Notes under the pieces: model-generated
The model's input: only the letters and a program-made list of their open reading frames with translations
Database searches by the model: none
What the model was told of the DNA's origin: nothing
DNA from: a phage
Reading direction: 5' to 3' (one strand)
Sequence record: PZ452588.1
Length of the DNA: 64,000 bases
In this document: positions 1-8,456 of the stretch, one piece after another
Layout of the letters: every line of letters starts with the position of its first letter
Position numbering within the stretch: position 1 is the first letter of the stretch
Position numbers and translations under genes: made by a program

Positions 1-203
1 ATTCCGATTCAAAATTTGCTTTTTTACCAACTAAAAAGCCTACTCCCGAAATAAACTACATGTACAGTTGTCCATATTTTAATTTGGATAATATCTATGC
101 TGGAACGATAACCATGTACTGGTATAGAAATGATCATATAAGTAATGACCGCCTTGAATCAATATGTGCTCAGGCGGCCAGAATATTAGGAAGGGCTAAA
201 TAA
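1..203 (+). CDS. t: Holin T, C-terminal fragment (5' end lies upstream of window)
   Basis: Open frame from window edge (codon phase from nt 3) to TAA at 201-203; translation ends ...YFNLDNIYAGTITMYWYRNDHISNDRLESICAQAARILGRAK, matching recalled T4 holin C-terminus; convergent with asiA. Confidence 0.75.
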   Translation, partial: SDSKFAFLPTKKPTPEINYMYSCPYFNLDNIYAGTITMYWYRNDHISNDRLESICAQAARILGRAK

Positions 204-476
204 TTATTTGTTCGTATACATCTCTAGATATCGATATACACCCTCAAAACCCTCGTTGAATTCGTCGATGAGGGTTTTCTTATCTTCTTGAGTTAATTCA
301 GAAACAATTTTACGGAATGAATTCTGATTTAATTTTCTACCTTCATGCGTTACTCCAATCTCATTCAGAAATGCAATAAAATTAGCACGATTCTCAACAA
401 TATCTTCTCTGGAAAATTTAATCAAAATAGACGCAACAGTAATAATTTCACGAACTGTATCAATGTTTTTATTCAT
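204..476 (-). CDS. asiA: Anti-sigma70 factor AsiA (90 aa)
   Basis: 90-aa ORF MNKNIDTVREIITVASILIKFSREDIVENRANF... matches recalled T4 AsiA; position between t and motA. Confidence 0.9.
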   Translation of the reverse strand: MNKNIDTVREIITVASILIKFSREDIVENRANFIAFLNEIGVTHEGRKLNQNSFRKIVSELTQEDKKTLIDEFNEGFEGVYRYLEMYTNK

Positions 477-488
477 TAACTATACCAC

Positions 489-641
489 TCAATTAGTTGA
501 CTTTGTTATAATATCATCAGACGCTTGATTTGTAAACTGGTCTGTGTTATTTTCTTCAAAAATTTTTTCTACGAATTCCTTGAACGACTTACGTTCCTGA
601 GCTACATTATGCTCGATTACTTTTTCAAGATTATGACTCAT
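489..641 (-). CDS. Small hypothetical protein (50 aa), not in ORF track
   Basis: ATG at 639-641 overlaps the arn stop (ATGA coupling); open to TGA at 489-491; translated by hand. Confidence 0.35.
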   Translation of the reverse strand: MSHNLEKVIEHNVAQERKSFKEFVEKIFEENNTDQFTNQASDDIITKSTN

Positions 642-916
642 TCGAAATAATCTTCAATTTCATAATCATAGACATAAATCATTATAGTTTTTAATACATC
701 ATCAATACTTTTTCCTGGAGCTGGAATTACGTAAAAATATCCTGCTTTTGAGAGGTCTTTATAAGTTCCAATCAAGAAATCATTATTCTCAAGATGTAGT
801 TCTTCAACTAATTCATTAACAATTGAGTGGTATAAATTTGGTAGAAACTTATATAGCTTTTCTAGAATATCAATTTTGATTGTGTATTGAACCACGGACT
901 GAGAATCAATAATCAT
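638..916 (-). CDS. arn: Probable Arn anti-restriction protein (92 aa)
   Basis: 92-aa ORF at the position and size of T4 arn between asiA and motA; sequence not independently recalled. Confidence 0.6.
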   Translation of the reverse strand: MIIDSQSVVQYTIKIDILEKLYKFLPNLYHSIVNELVEELHLENNDFLIGTYKDLSKAGYFYVIPAPGKSIDDVLKTIMIYVYDYEIEDYFE

Positions 917-999
917 AGACCTTCCCCTTATGTTTCTGTTTGCGATTAGATTCTTTAAACGCTTTCTTCTTATCTTTATGAACAGAAGCTTTATTAAAA

Positions 1000-1218
1000 T
1001 TATGCTTTGCGACTAAATTGTTCATAGTGCTGAATTACCTCTCTCAAACATTTGCATGTGAATGAAAACTTTTTAGCTACACCACATTCAAATATATGTT
1101 CTCTTAAATCGCGTGTATCCGTATATCCCATCTCAACAATAAAATGCCGTATTAGATTTTTATCTTTATCATTGAGAGAATTAAAATAATCAGATTTTGA
1201 ATTAATTTCTCTGGCCAA
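1000..1218 (-). CDS. Hypothetical protein (72 aa), arn.x position
   Basis: ORF in co-directional early gene string; Cys-containing. Confidence 0.5.
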   Translation of the reverse strand: MAREINSKSDYFNSLNDKDKNLIRHFIVEMGYTDTRDLREHIFECGVAKKFSFTCKCLREVIQHYEQFSRKA

Positions 1219-1498
1219 ATTGAATCACCTTCAGTTGACGTTTTAGCTCTTTTATCATCTCTTCGTTCATCGCAATATAAAGATCGCGTAAAGCAGGTTT
1301 TAGCATGTCATTTATTATAGAACTAAATGGACATACATAATCTTTTCCTACAAGCTTTTTGGTGAATTCCATATCGCAGAACTTAAATCCCGGCTCATTG
1401 GTATAAATTCCCCAATTAGTTGACATCATTTTATTAGCATATTCCAGTGCCTGGATTTGATTCATAATTCCATCGATTTGAAACTTTTTAATATTCAT
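1202..1498 (-). CDS. Hypothetical protein (98 aa)
   Basis: ORF tightly packed with neighbours. Confidence 0.5.
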   Translation of the reverse strand: MNIKKFQIDGIMNQIQALEYANKMMSTNWGIYTNEPGFKFCDMEFTKKLVGKDYVCPFSSIINDMLKPALRDLYIAMNEEMIKELKRQLKVIQFGQRN

Positions 1499-1959
1499 TA
1501 GTAAAGGTCCTCAGAGTAAAGTTCTTTTTCACTACCACCACGTTCAATACGTACTTGTCCAGCGTAAGTTGCAATAATCATTGCTTCTTCGCGAGTCCAA
1601 TAATTACTATATTGGTCAATAAACCCTTGGTCATCATCACAAACTTGTTGAGTAACTAATTGAGGTTTAACTACATCTAAAACTTCTGCCATATCTTTAG
1701 AATAATGACGAGCACCTGGAATAATAAGAGTTCGTCCATCTTTTAATTTAAAACGGTTGGCTGCACAGACAATTCGTCGTTGATACTTTTGGTTTTCATC
1801 CCAATATGCAGTCTGCCAACAGATTTCAGGAACTTCTTTTAGAATATCTTCTTCTGTGCATTTATAACCATGCGCTTTAAATTTTTCAGCAAGACTTTCT
1901 GGAGTTTCACGAGATAAAGGAACATTCAGCATTTTTAAACGATTGATAAATGGGTTCAT
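1498..1959 (-). CDS. Hypothetical protein (153 aa)
   Basis: ORF with overlapping stop/start with neighbours. Confidence 0.55.
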   Translation of the reverse strand: MNPFINRLKMLNVPLSRETPESLAEKFKAHGYKCTEEDILKEVPEICWQTAYWDENQKYQRRIVCAANRFKLKDGRTLIIPGARHYSKDMAEVLDVVKPQLVTQQVCDDDQGFIDQYSNYWTREEAMIIATYAGQVRIERGGSEKELYSEDLY

Positions 1960-2285
1960 TTAAACCATCCTTTAATACGTTGCCACAAAGTTTTCTGTTG
2001 AGCTTTGTTAACACCAATTGAGCGAATAACTGGTTGAGATTCCTGGAATTCTTTATAATCGGCAAGGTAAATTTCGTAAGCTGCATCTGTAAAGGAACTT
2101 ATCGCTGCCATGAAATTATTGCGAATACCTACTGGAGCATCTTTACTTTCACGAATAATCATGTATTTACCAGTCTTAATCTTTACAATAGTTCCAAGAT
2201 AAGCTCCATGGTACCAAATATCCCAACCCTCTTGAGTAGGTTCTGCACAACGACGAAGTTCATTGACAATTTCTAACTTGTTCAT
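1956..2285 (-). CDS. Hypothetical protein (109 aa), motA.1 position
   Basis: ORF immediately downstream of motA. Confidence 0.55.
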   Translation of the reverse strand: MNKLEIVNELRRCAEPTQEGWDIWYHGAYLGTIVKIKTGKYMIIRESKDAPVGIRNNFMAAISSFTDAAYEIYLADYKEFQESQPVIRSIGVNKAQQKTLWQRIKGWFK

Positions 2286-2295
2286 TATTTATTCC

Positions 2296-2931
2296 TCACA
2301 GTTCAGATGCTACAGTGATTACAGCTTCAATGTTTTCTGCCGAGCGTTTAATGTCAAGATACACATTACCGTTTTTAGCGATTTTACATGACATTCCGAT
2401 ATCAGTAAATTTCTGAATATGATGTTCCATCATTTTGTATCCAAAAATTCGCATGTTTCCATTGTTGTTAATTTCAAAATTACGAATTCCGTGAGTGCGT
2501 TTTTCTAAAATAGCGAGATAGTTACTGCGATAAGTTTCAACCTTTTTAAGAACAAATCCATTTTCATCTAAAAGTTTTAACATGAGGTCTTTATCTTCTT
2601 CCATATCGGAAGTAATCTCGCGAGCTTTACGAGTTGCTCGTTTTTTCAGTAGTTCCGGAGCATTTTCTTGTGCGTATAAAGTTGCTGCATTTGAAATAAT
2701 ATCCTGAGCTTCACCAGTAATGATTAATCCATCACCAGATTTCTCCACCAGGCCTTTTTTAATCAATACCCCAATATTACTATTAACTACTGCGTTACCT
2801 AAATCTGGATGCACCTCACGAACTTCTGCAGCTGTAATGAAATCTTTCTTAGCAATGGTAATTAAAATCGCAGCAGTTTTTTCATTCAGAACATCGTTAG
2901 AAGCTTTGATGATGTAAGTTACTTTAGACAT
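2296..2931 (-). CDS. motA: Middle-transcription activator MotA (211 aa)
   Basis: 211-aa ORF MSKVTYIIKASNDVLNEKTAAILITIAKKDF... matches recalled T4 MotA in sequence and length. Confidence 0.92.
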   Translation of the reverse strand: MSKVTYIIKASNDVLNEKTAAILITIAKKDFITAAEVREVHPDLGNAVVNSNIGVLIKKGLVEKSGDGLIITGEAQDIISNAATLYAQENAPELLKKRATRKAREITSDMEEDKDLMLKLLDENGFVLKKVETYRSNYLAILEKRTHGIRNFEINNNGNMRIFGYKMMEHHIQKFTDIGMSCKIAKNGNVYLDIKRSAENIEAVITVASEL

Positions 2932-2967
2932 TTTCTAATCTCCGTAATTCTGTATCAGTAGTTGATA

Positions 2968-3005
2968 GTTGTATAGTACCACAGTATGCTTTGGTTGTAA
3001 ACCGT
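2968..3005 (-). promoter_or_regulatory. Early sigma70-type promoter upstream of motA
   Basis: Minus strand GTTTAC (-35, fwd 2997-3002) and TACTAT (-10, fwd 2973-2978), A-tract upstream, GGAG SD before motA ATG. Confidence 0.6.
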
Positions 3006-3028
3006 TTTGTGAAAAAATTTTAAAATAA

Positions 3029-3056
3029 AAAGGGAGAGCCGAGGCTCTCCCTAAAA
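3029..3056 (-). terminator. Stem-loop (GGGAGAGCC-GAG-GCTCTCCC) followed by T-run on minus strand
   Basis: Perfect 8-bp stem at 3032-3052; minus-strand readout gives hairpin then TTTTTATTTT. Confidence 0.6.
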
Positions 3057-3206
3057 TTACTGCATGACTGTGATAACTGTCATGATAACACGTTGAATTC
3101 CGAACGCAAGAAGACCTCCTGCTACGGATGGAACAACGCCTAAACCCGCCAGTAAAATGCTACCAGATACTAATGCAGCGCTTGTAATACCTATGAATGG
3201 ACTCAT
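3057..3206 (-). CDS. Small hydrophobic protein (49 aa), not in ORF track
   Basis: ATG at 3204-3206 overlaps gene 52 stop; translation MSPFIGITSAALVSGSILLAGLGVVPSVAGGLLAFGIQRVIMTVITVMQ. Confidence 0.4.
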   Translation of the reverse strand: MSPFIGITSAALVSGSILLAGLGVVPSVAGGLLAFGIQRVIMTVITVMQ

Positions 3207-4531
3207 TTGATTTCCTCTAAATCTTTGGTGTATTCTGTAACTACATCAGTAGTTTTCCAATATTCGTTTTCTTCTTTTTTGGCTTTAGCTTCTTCAGCAA
3301 GTTTCTTTGCTTCATCGGAAGTCATATGAAAAATATTCATTCCAACTAGTTTATCAACATAAGAAGAATACATATCGATTTTCGAAAGTTCTTCGGTCAG
3401 TTCTTTACGAGTTTTACCCTGTACAACAATTTCACCTGAAATTACTTTCTTAATGAAATGTGCCTTGGCAAAAGCTAAACGAAAAGCTGACTCAGTTTCT
3501 TTAATTTTATTATCAATTCGTTTTTGGACATAAGTTTTACGAACTTCAACAAAGTCTTTGATTAAATCAACTACGTTATCGTAAACTTGTAGCTTTCCTT
3601 TCTCATTAATAACCGTAATATTCTGAGAACGACGCTCAATCAACCCGAAGTCTTTCATAATTTTTGCATGGCGTTCTTCTTCATTATCGCTCAAAGAATA
3701 TTCTTTACGGAATTTAACTTTAAAGCCAAAACCATGCTCACCACAAGCATCATCCCATGTAATGAAGCCTTTATCTTCAAGTGGGTCTAAGATTTTACTC
3801 ACATAAGTTTCACGATCATACTTATACGGAATCTCAGTGATATGCATTTGAGTTCGTGAAGTAAACTTATATGTTCCACGAATTTCATATTGCCCATCAA
3901 TTTCAACGACTTCACCACGAAATTCTGGGAATTCTACCTTCGGTTTAGTTACTTTCTTTCCTTGAAGAGCTTGTAGTACAGCTTTCTTGACAGAAGAAAC
4001 ACTATGAGGAAGAATGTAAGTTGCATAACCAGTTGCAATACCGGAAACGCCATTAAGAAGAACAGTAGGAATAATAGGCAAATAGAAAGCAGGCGGAATG
4101 TGTTCTTTATCTTGATGTACCGGAGCATATTCAGTATCTTTATATACGTTATAGAAATTTTTACTTACACGAGCAAAAATATAACGACTTGCCGCTGCCT
4201 TTTGAACAGTACGAGAACCAAAGTTTCCTTGACCATCTAACAGAGGAAAATTATTATTCCAAGTGTTAGCCATCAAAGCACCTGCGTCTTGCGCAGAGTT
4301 TTCACCATGATGATATCCAAGGTCCGCTACACCACCTGCAATAGAAGCGAGTTTGTGAAACTTATCTTTATTTCCTCGTGCCAAATCAAGAGCTCGAGCA
4401 ATAACAAATCGTTGAACTGGCTTAAATCCATCAATCATATTTGGAATGGCACGATTTTCAACCGTGTACATAGCATAAGCCAATGCTTCATTATCAATGA
4501 TACTTTTTAAATCGCGATTATTCAGTTGCAT
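3203..4531 (-). CDS. 52: DNA topoisomerase II medium subunit gp52 (GyrA-like, 442 aa)
   Basis: 442-aa ORF; matches recalled T4 gp52 length and N-terminus. Confidence 0.92.
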   Translation of the reverse strand: MQLNNRDLKSIIDNEALAYAMYTVENRAIPNMIDGFKPVQRFVIARALDLARGNKDKFHKLASIAGGVADLGYHHGENSAQDAGALMANTWNNNFPLLDGQGNFGSRTVQKAAASRYIFARVSKNFYNVYKDTEYAPVHQDKEHIPPAFYLPIIPTVLLNGVSGIATGYATYILPHSVSSVKKAVLQALQGKKVTKPKVEFPEFRGEVVEIDGQYEIRGTYKFTSRTQMHITEIPYKYDRETYVSKILDPLEDKGFITWDDACGEHGFGFKVKFRKEYSLSDNEEERHAKIMKDFGLIERRSQNITVINEKGKLQVYDNVVDLIKDFVEVRKTYVQKRIDNKIKETESAFRLAFAKAHFIKKVISGEIVVQGKTRKELTEELSKIDMYSSYVDKLVGMNIFHMTSDEAKKLAEEAKAKKEENEYWKTTDVVTEYTKDLEEIK

Positions 4532-4535
4532 AAAT

Positions 4536-4676
4536 TTACCATACTAGTGAATGTAGTGCCATAATAACATCAGAAATGAAAAGCACGACTTGAATTAATC
4601 CGAACATTACTCCATAATATAGTGCTACTAATAAAGTAGCAAGGGCTAATGAATAGCCCAAGATTTTCTTAATCAT
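4536..4676 (-). CDS. Small membrane peptide (46 aa), 52.1 position
   Basis: Hand-translated MIKKILGYSLALATLLVALYYGVMFGLIQVVLFISDVIMALHSLVW; start overlaps upstream stop. Confidence 0.4.
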   Translation of the reverse strand: MIKKILGYSLALATLLVALYYGVMFGLIQVVLFISDVIMALHSLVW

Positions 4677-4827
4677 TAGTAGATAACAACACAAATGTTA
4701 AATATGCACACATACCCTGAGCTAAAGCTTGCGAAAACACACTGCTGGCATCAATACAGATAGTTAAAACACATGCTACTATCCAACAAATAAATGAAAT
4801 AACTCCTAATAATTTTGCAATATTCAT
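4669..4827 (-). CDS. ac: Small membrane protein (52 aa), candidate Ac (acriflavine sensitivity)
   Basis: Hand-translated hydrophobic ORF with GAGG SD; position between 52 and stp as in T4. Confidence 0.45.
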   Translation of the reverse strand: MNIAKLLGVISFICWIVACVLTICIDASSVFSQALAQGMCAYLTFVLLSTND

Positions 4828-4834
4828 ATTTTCC

Positions 4835-4915
4835 TCACTGGCGTCCGAAGACGCCTTTAGTTTTAAGATTATTACGATAGAACTGCATCACATGTTCGTT
4901 GTGGAAATTACTCAT
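4835..4915 (-). CDS. stp: Stp peptide (26 aa)
   Basis: Hand translation [26 protein letters not shown] matches recalled T4 Stp; ATG overlaps ndd stop. Confidence 0.75.
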
Positions 4916-5358
4916 TAATATGCCTGCAAAACGAATTTAAAGTTATCAGCCAACATACGGTTCATTTCTTCAAGTGTTTGATACTCAGAATGATGATTAC
5001 GAGTAAACGCCAAAGCTAACTGACCTTTACCAAATCCTGTCGTCAGAGGTTTCATCTTAGAAGCAGGCAGATAAAATACTGTGTATGGAACATTGTTATT
5101 TGCAATAGTACGCGCAAGTTGAGACCGGCGTTGACGAATATGACTTAGAACTGCGCTGAATCCTTGCTTAGAACGCTGATTACCCACATAAAATCGTGCG
5201 GATACGCATGAACCATCGAATTCATTTACTAAAAAGTAAAATCCAGGTTTAGATAAAATATCTTTATGCGGAGTTCCTAAAAACCATTCACCGCCCTTGA
5301 TTGTACCAATAACAGTAGCTCCTGCATTATTCAGATCAGTAACAGTCATGTATTTCAT
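4915..5358 (-). CDS. ndd: Nucleoid disruption protein Ndd
   Basis: ORF contains [42 protein letters not shown]..., as recalled for T4 Ndd; start set at internal ATG (track ORF extends to 5412). Confidence 0.75.
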
Positions 5359-5416
5359 ATTAATTTCCTCTAAATTATTTTCTACTCCAAGGCCGCATGA
5401 ATACGCGGCCATTAAA

Positions 5417-5632
5417 TTAATCGTCGCAGTCGACGCTCAATTCCCAAAACTCTTCTACGGTATAAGTTTCAGTATCATTTTCAATACAGAAACGTTCATT
5501 ACTGTTATTTGCTAAAGTAGCATTAACTGTCGGTTTCTCGCTAGTGCTCTTAAGAGGTGAAATACGAATTAACTGATCACCGTTATCTAAACAGAAAATT
5601 TCACCAACTTTTACATCTTTAAAGATTTTCAT
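5417..5632 (-). CDS. Hypothetical protein (71 aa)
   Basis: ORF downstream of early promoter region. Confidence 0.5.
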   Translation of the reverse strand: MKIFKDVKVGEIFCLDNGDQLIRISPLKSTSEKPTVNATLANNSNERFCIENDTETYTVEEFWELSVDCDD

Positions 5633-5747
5633 AATTCACCTCAAGGAGTATAAAATCCAAATGCAGTTGTTGACCATCCCATCCAATATGGAAAATTTGC
5701 GCCAATGTAAAACATAAGAATATAAAACCAAATGTTTAGTAAATTCA

Positions 5748-5966
5748 TTATTTTACACCATTCCAAATTGTTTCAACTACGGATTTTAAACCATTTTGAT
5801 GAATATCCATTCCGACTACCGCCATCAAATAGATTCCAACTACAACTGAACCTAAGGCAAAAATCAGCATGAAAATGAATAAAGCCGGAAAAATATTATC
5901 GAAAAACCATTCAATAAATGTAAAAGCACTGCGTTTACGCTTCATATTTTCCTCACATAAATCCAA
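5748..5966 (-). CDS. Small membrane protein (up to 72 aa)
   Basis: Hydrophobic core FIFMLIFALGSVVVGIYLMAVVG; true start may be internal Met. Confidence 0.45.
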   Translation of the reverse strand: MDLCEENMKRKRSAFTFIEWFFDNIFPALFIFMLIFALGSVVVGIYLMAVVGMDIHQNGLKSVVETIWNGVK

Positions 5967-6066
5967 AGTAAACGTTTAATACATCAATCATTAAAACGAT
6001 TGGGAATATACTCAAAACTACTAGTATTATAACTACATTCCATATAGCTTTAACAATCTTTTTCAT
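5953..6066 (-). CDS. Small membrane peptide (37 aa)
   Basis: MKKIVKAIWNVVIILVVLSIFPIVLMIDVLNVYFGFM preceded by GGAGG SD; the track ORF 5953-6201 runs into the promoter and is over-extended. Confidence 0.4.
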   Translation of the reverse strand: MKKIVKAIWNVVIILVVLSIFPIVLMIDVLNVYFGFM

Positions 6067-6089
6067 TTTCTGTTCCTCCGTAGTTGATA

Positions 6090-6128
6090 GGGTAATAGTA
6101 CCACGGAAGAACAGTCTTGTAAACAACT
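6090..6128 (-). promoter_or_regulatory. Early sigma70-type promoter
   Basis: Minus strand GTTTAC (fwd 6119-6124), 18-nt spacer, TACTAT (fwd 6095-6100), conserved leader CAACTACGGAGGAACAGAAAATG. Confidence 0.55.
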
Positions 6129-6309
6129 TTTTTAAAAATATTCGTAATAAATGTGAATACCAACTACTACCGCTGAAACCTGTGCAACCCACCACGCGCA
6201 AGCAATAAGTACAGAATTCAAAATTTTCATAATAACCTCATCACAAAAGTAAATGTTAAACAAATTAATGGAATACTAATTAACCAAACAAAACACCACC
6301 ATAATGAAC

Positions 6310-6573
6310 TCATAGTTCAATCTCAGCGATTTTCATTTCATTATTGTTAATAGCATTTTTAAGACTATCCGAAAGAATTACATTCCAGTGGTCATTCATA
6401 TGACCATTAACTAAGCGTGTAATTTCTTCGGGAGTTGAAAAATAAGGCTGATCAGACTCCCAATGCGATAATCCTAAGCGAGTATAAATCATGCCTTCAT
6501 CATCGCTAGAATATTCAACTGACACAAACTCATCAGTTATTTTATGTTTAGCGTAATAAAATTTAAATTTCAT
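6310..6573 (-). CDS. Hypothetical protein (87 aa)
   Basis: Start at ATG after SD GGAG (leader GGATTTGGAGAATAAAATG shared with two other genes). Confidence 0.5.
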   Translation of the reverse strand: MKFKFYYAKHKITDEFVSVEYSSDDEGMIYTRLGLSHWESDQPYFSTPEEITRLVNGHMNDHWNVILSDSLKNAINNNEMKIAEIEL

Positions 6574-6605
6574 TTTATTCTCCAAATCCGTATCAGTAGT
6601 TGATA

Positions 6606-6644
6606 GTTGTATAGTACCACGGTCCTTGTGGTATGTAAACTGTT
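6606..6644 (-). promoter_or_regulatory. Early sigma70-type promoter
   Basis: Minus strand GTTTAC (fwd 6635-6640) and TACTAT (fwd 6611-6616) with A/T-rich upstream tract. Confidence 0.55.
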
Positions 6645-6658
6645 TTGTGAAAAAATTT

Positions 6659-7216
6659 TTAAATGGAAAGATACCATCCGTTGTAGTTGCTTTTTCTTAC
6701 AACCTTACGAAGGTCTTCTCTGTCACCGATGAACTTCGGAGTGTACTGGATGACACCTGGATGAATTTCTTTAGTGTTGAATATAATTATACAGTCAGCG
6801 ACTTGATGATTTAGAATGGGCCCTAGATTTATTCCAGAACCATATGGATACTCTCCGCTGCATCCTGTTGTTACCGAAATCCAACGTGAGTCAGTTTGAT
6901 GTGTCTTAACTTCTACGCGAAGCCCACAGTATTTTGGATGCGCCAATACATCCCATGCATATGTGTACGGATCATCGACATCTTCTTGACCTTTATTAAC
7001 ATACCCGCTTAACCAATCTGCTACAAAAAACTCTGCGTACACAGCGATACGACATCTTTCGATAACTTCTGCCTTATCCTGGTTCGGGTTTTGTTTTAAA
7101 GAGTATCTTGCTGTATCAGCAATTTTGACCTTCATTTCATTGGTTAAATCGCTGTTCGATAGAGTAAATGTCGGAATCTGAAATAGTCTCTGCAAACCCG
7201 GATTCGTTTTCTGCAT
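6659..7216 (-). CDS. denB: Probable endonuclease IV DenB (185 aa)
   Basis: 185-aa ORF immediately downstream of rIIB, matching T4 denB size and position; sequence not independently recalled. Confidence 0.6.
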   Translation of the reverse strand: MQKTNPGLQRLFQIPTFTLSNSDLTNEMKVKIADTARYSLKQNPNQDKAEVIERCRIAVYAEFFVADWLSGYVNKGQEDVDDPYTYAWDVLAHPKYCGLRVEVKTHQTDSRWISVTTGCSGEYPYGSGINLGPILNHQVADCIIIFNTKEIHPGVIQYTPKFIGDREDLRKVVRKSNYNGWYLSI

Positions 7217-7260
7217 TTAAACTTTCCTTTATGTCGGAATCATAATTTCTCTTAAAACAA

Positions 7261-7276
7261 AAGGGCCGAAGCCCTT
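7261..7276 (-). terminator. C(UUCG)G tetraloop hairpin (AAGGGC-CGAA-GCCCTT) with flanking T-runs
   Basis: 6-bp stem; on minus-strand RNA the loop reads UUCG and is followed by TTTTGTTTT. Confidence 0.55.
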
Positions 7277-7279
7277 ATT

Positions 7280-7474
7280 TTATTTGAATTGTGCGATTCT
7301 TTTCTCTAGACACTCAGCATAAGATTTCATTGAGATGAACTGTGAAAGCAGCAGTTCTTGCTCAACTGCACTAACCGTTAGAAACTTTGTGCTTTCTAAA
7401 AATTTGCTCAGTGCATTAATTTTGAGCATTAATTGATCGTATTCTTCTTTTACTCGTGCTTGATAACCTAACAT
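7280..7474 (-). CDS. Hypothetical protein (64 aa)
   Basis: ORF between rIIB and denB, flanked by hairpins. Confidence 0.5.
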   Translation of the reverse strand: MLGYQARVKEEYDQLMLKINALSKFLESTKFLTVSAVEQELLLSQFISMKSYAECLEKRIAQFK

Positions 7475-7506
7475 AATTTTCCTTAATATGATAAGGGCCG
7501 AAGCCC

Positions 7507-8445
7507 TTATTTAAATTGTTCAGTAACGTCTTCAACTACTTCGTATTGGCAGGTACGCATTTTAGCATCGTTGTAATCAATCGGAATTGATACTACATCA
7601 CGTGGATGTACTTTAACTTTTACAACTCGGCTGGTTGAACTGCCAAAGTGACGAATATAAGATTTAGAACACACATGCAGACCACGAGAACAAGTTTGTG
7701 TATCATCGTCATTCACACGAGTACGCGGCATTTTAACTACTTTACCAGGACTGTTATCAAAGGTGTTTGAGTGACAGTCAAAGTAGTTGTCACGAACTAC
7801 TTTCCAAGCATAGAAGTAACCATCTTCTGTAATTTCAATATCGTTTGCTACCAAGAAATCAAAGAGTCGAGATACCGCTTTCTGGCTTGGGTTTTCCAGC
7901 AGATTTTCCAAGAACGGAAAATAAAATTCAAAGTTTTCACCTTTTTCCATCGAATCAAGAATACGATCAACCAGACCAGACCGTAATTCGATATTTTGAT
8001 AGAACAAGCTTCCGCCTTCAATTCGAACATCGCCGGAAATATATTTTTCAACAGCGCGACGAACATTAATTTTTTGTGCCGCTTCTTCCAACTTATCTGC
8101 TACAAGCAGATTAAGAATTTCCTGGAAGTTTGAATGAGTATTAGGAGTTGCGTTATAAGTTACACCGTCAACAGTAATTGAAATGAATTTTTTAGATGCA
8201 TTCCAAATAATGTCAGATTTAGCAACTGGAGCAATAACTGCATCGCTATTAACTTTAATTGTAATATCACCGCTAATAGTAACTTTAGAGCGTTTAGCTT
8301 CTTCAGCATTTTTCAAAACACGACGAATTGTGTCAACCGATACACCTTGCCAATCAGCCAATTCCTGTTGGGTGTAATTACCACTTGAATACAGCTTAAC
8401 AATTTCAGCTTGTTCGTTTTTGGTCAGGCATTTAATATTGTACAT
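7507..8445 (-). CDS. rIIB: rIIB protein (312 aa)
   Basis: 312-aa ORF MYNIKCLTKNEQAEIVKLYSSGNYTQQELADWQGVSVDTIRRV... matches recalled T4 rIIB. Confidence 0.92.
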   Translation of the reverse strand: MYNIKCLTKNEQAEIVKLYSSGNYTQQELADWQGVSVDTIRRVLKNAEEAKRSKVTISGDITIKVNSDAVIAPVAKSDIIWNASKKFISITVDGVTYNATPNTHSNFQEILNLLVADKLEEAAQKINVRRAVEKYISGDVRIEGGSLFYQNIELRSGLVDRILDSMEKGENFEFYFPFLENLLENPSQKAVSRLFDFLVANDIEITEDGYFYAWKVVRDNYFDCHSNTFDNSPGKVVKMPRTRVNDDDTQTCSRGLHVCSKSYIRHFGSSTSRVVKVKVHPRDVVSIPIDYNDAKMRTCQYEVVEDVTEQFK

Positions 8446-8456
8446 AATTTTCCTTA

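Noticed and set aside
2720-2917. Plus-strand ORFs embedded antisense within large minus-strand genes (for example 2720-2917, 4004-4240, 7771-8069, 11425-11928, 33862-34149, 37288-37704, 39700-40083, 52101-52430, 59917-60258)
   Set aside because: Each lies wholly inside a well-supported minus-strand gene, lacks an SD, and has low-complexity composition typical of the reverse frame of AT-rich coding DNA.
5953-6201. ORF-track N-terminal extensions that contain TITLSTTEEQK-like peptides (5953-6201, 56971-57558, 57523-57711)
   Set aside because: The shared peptide is the translation of the conserved promoter leader and SD (CAACTACGGAGGAACAGAAAATG); the real starts are the ATGs after the SD.
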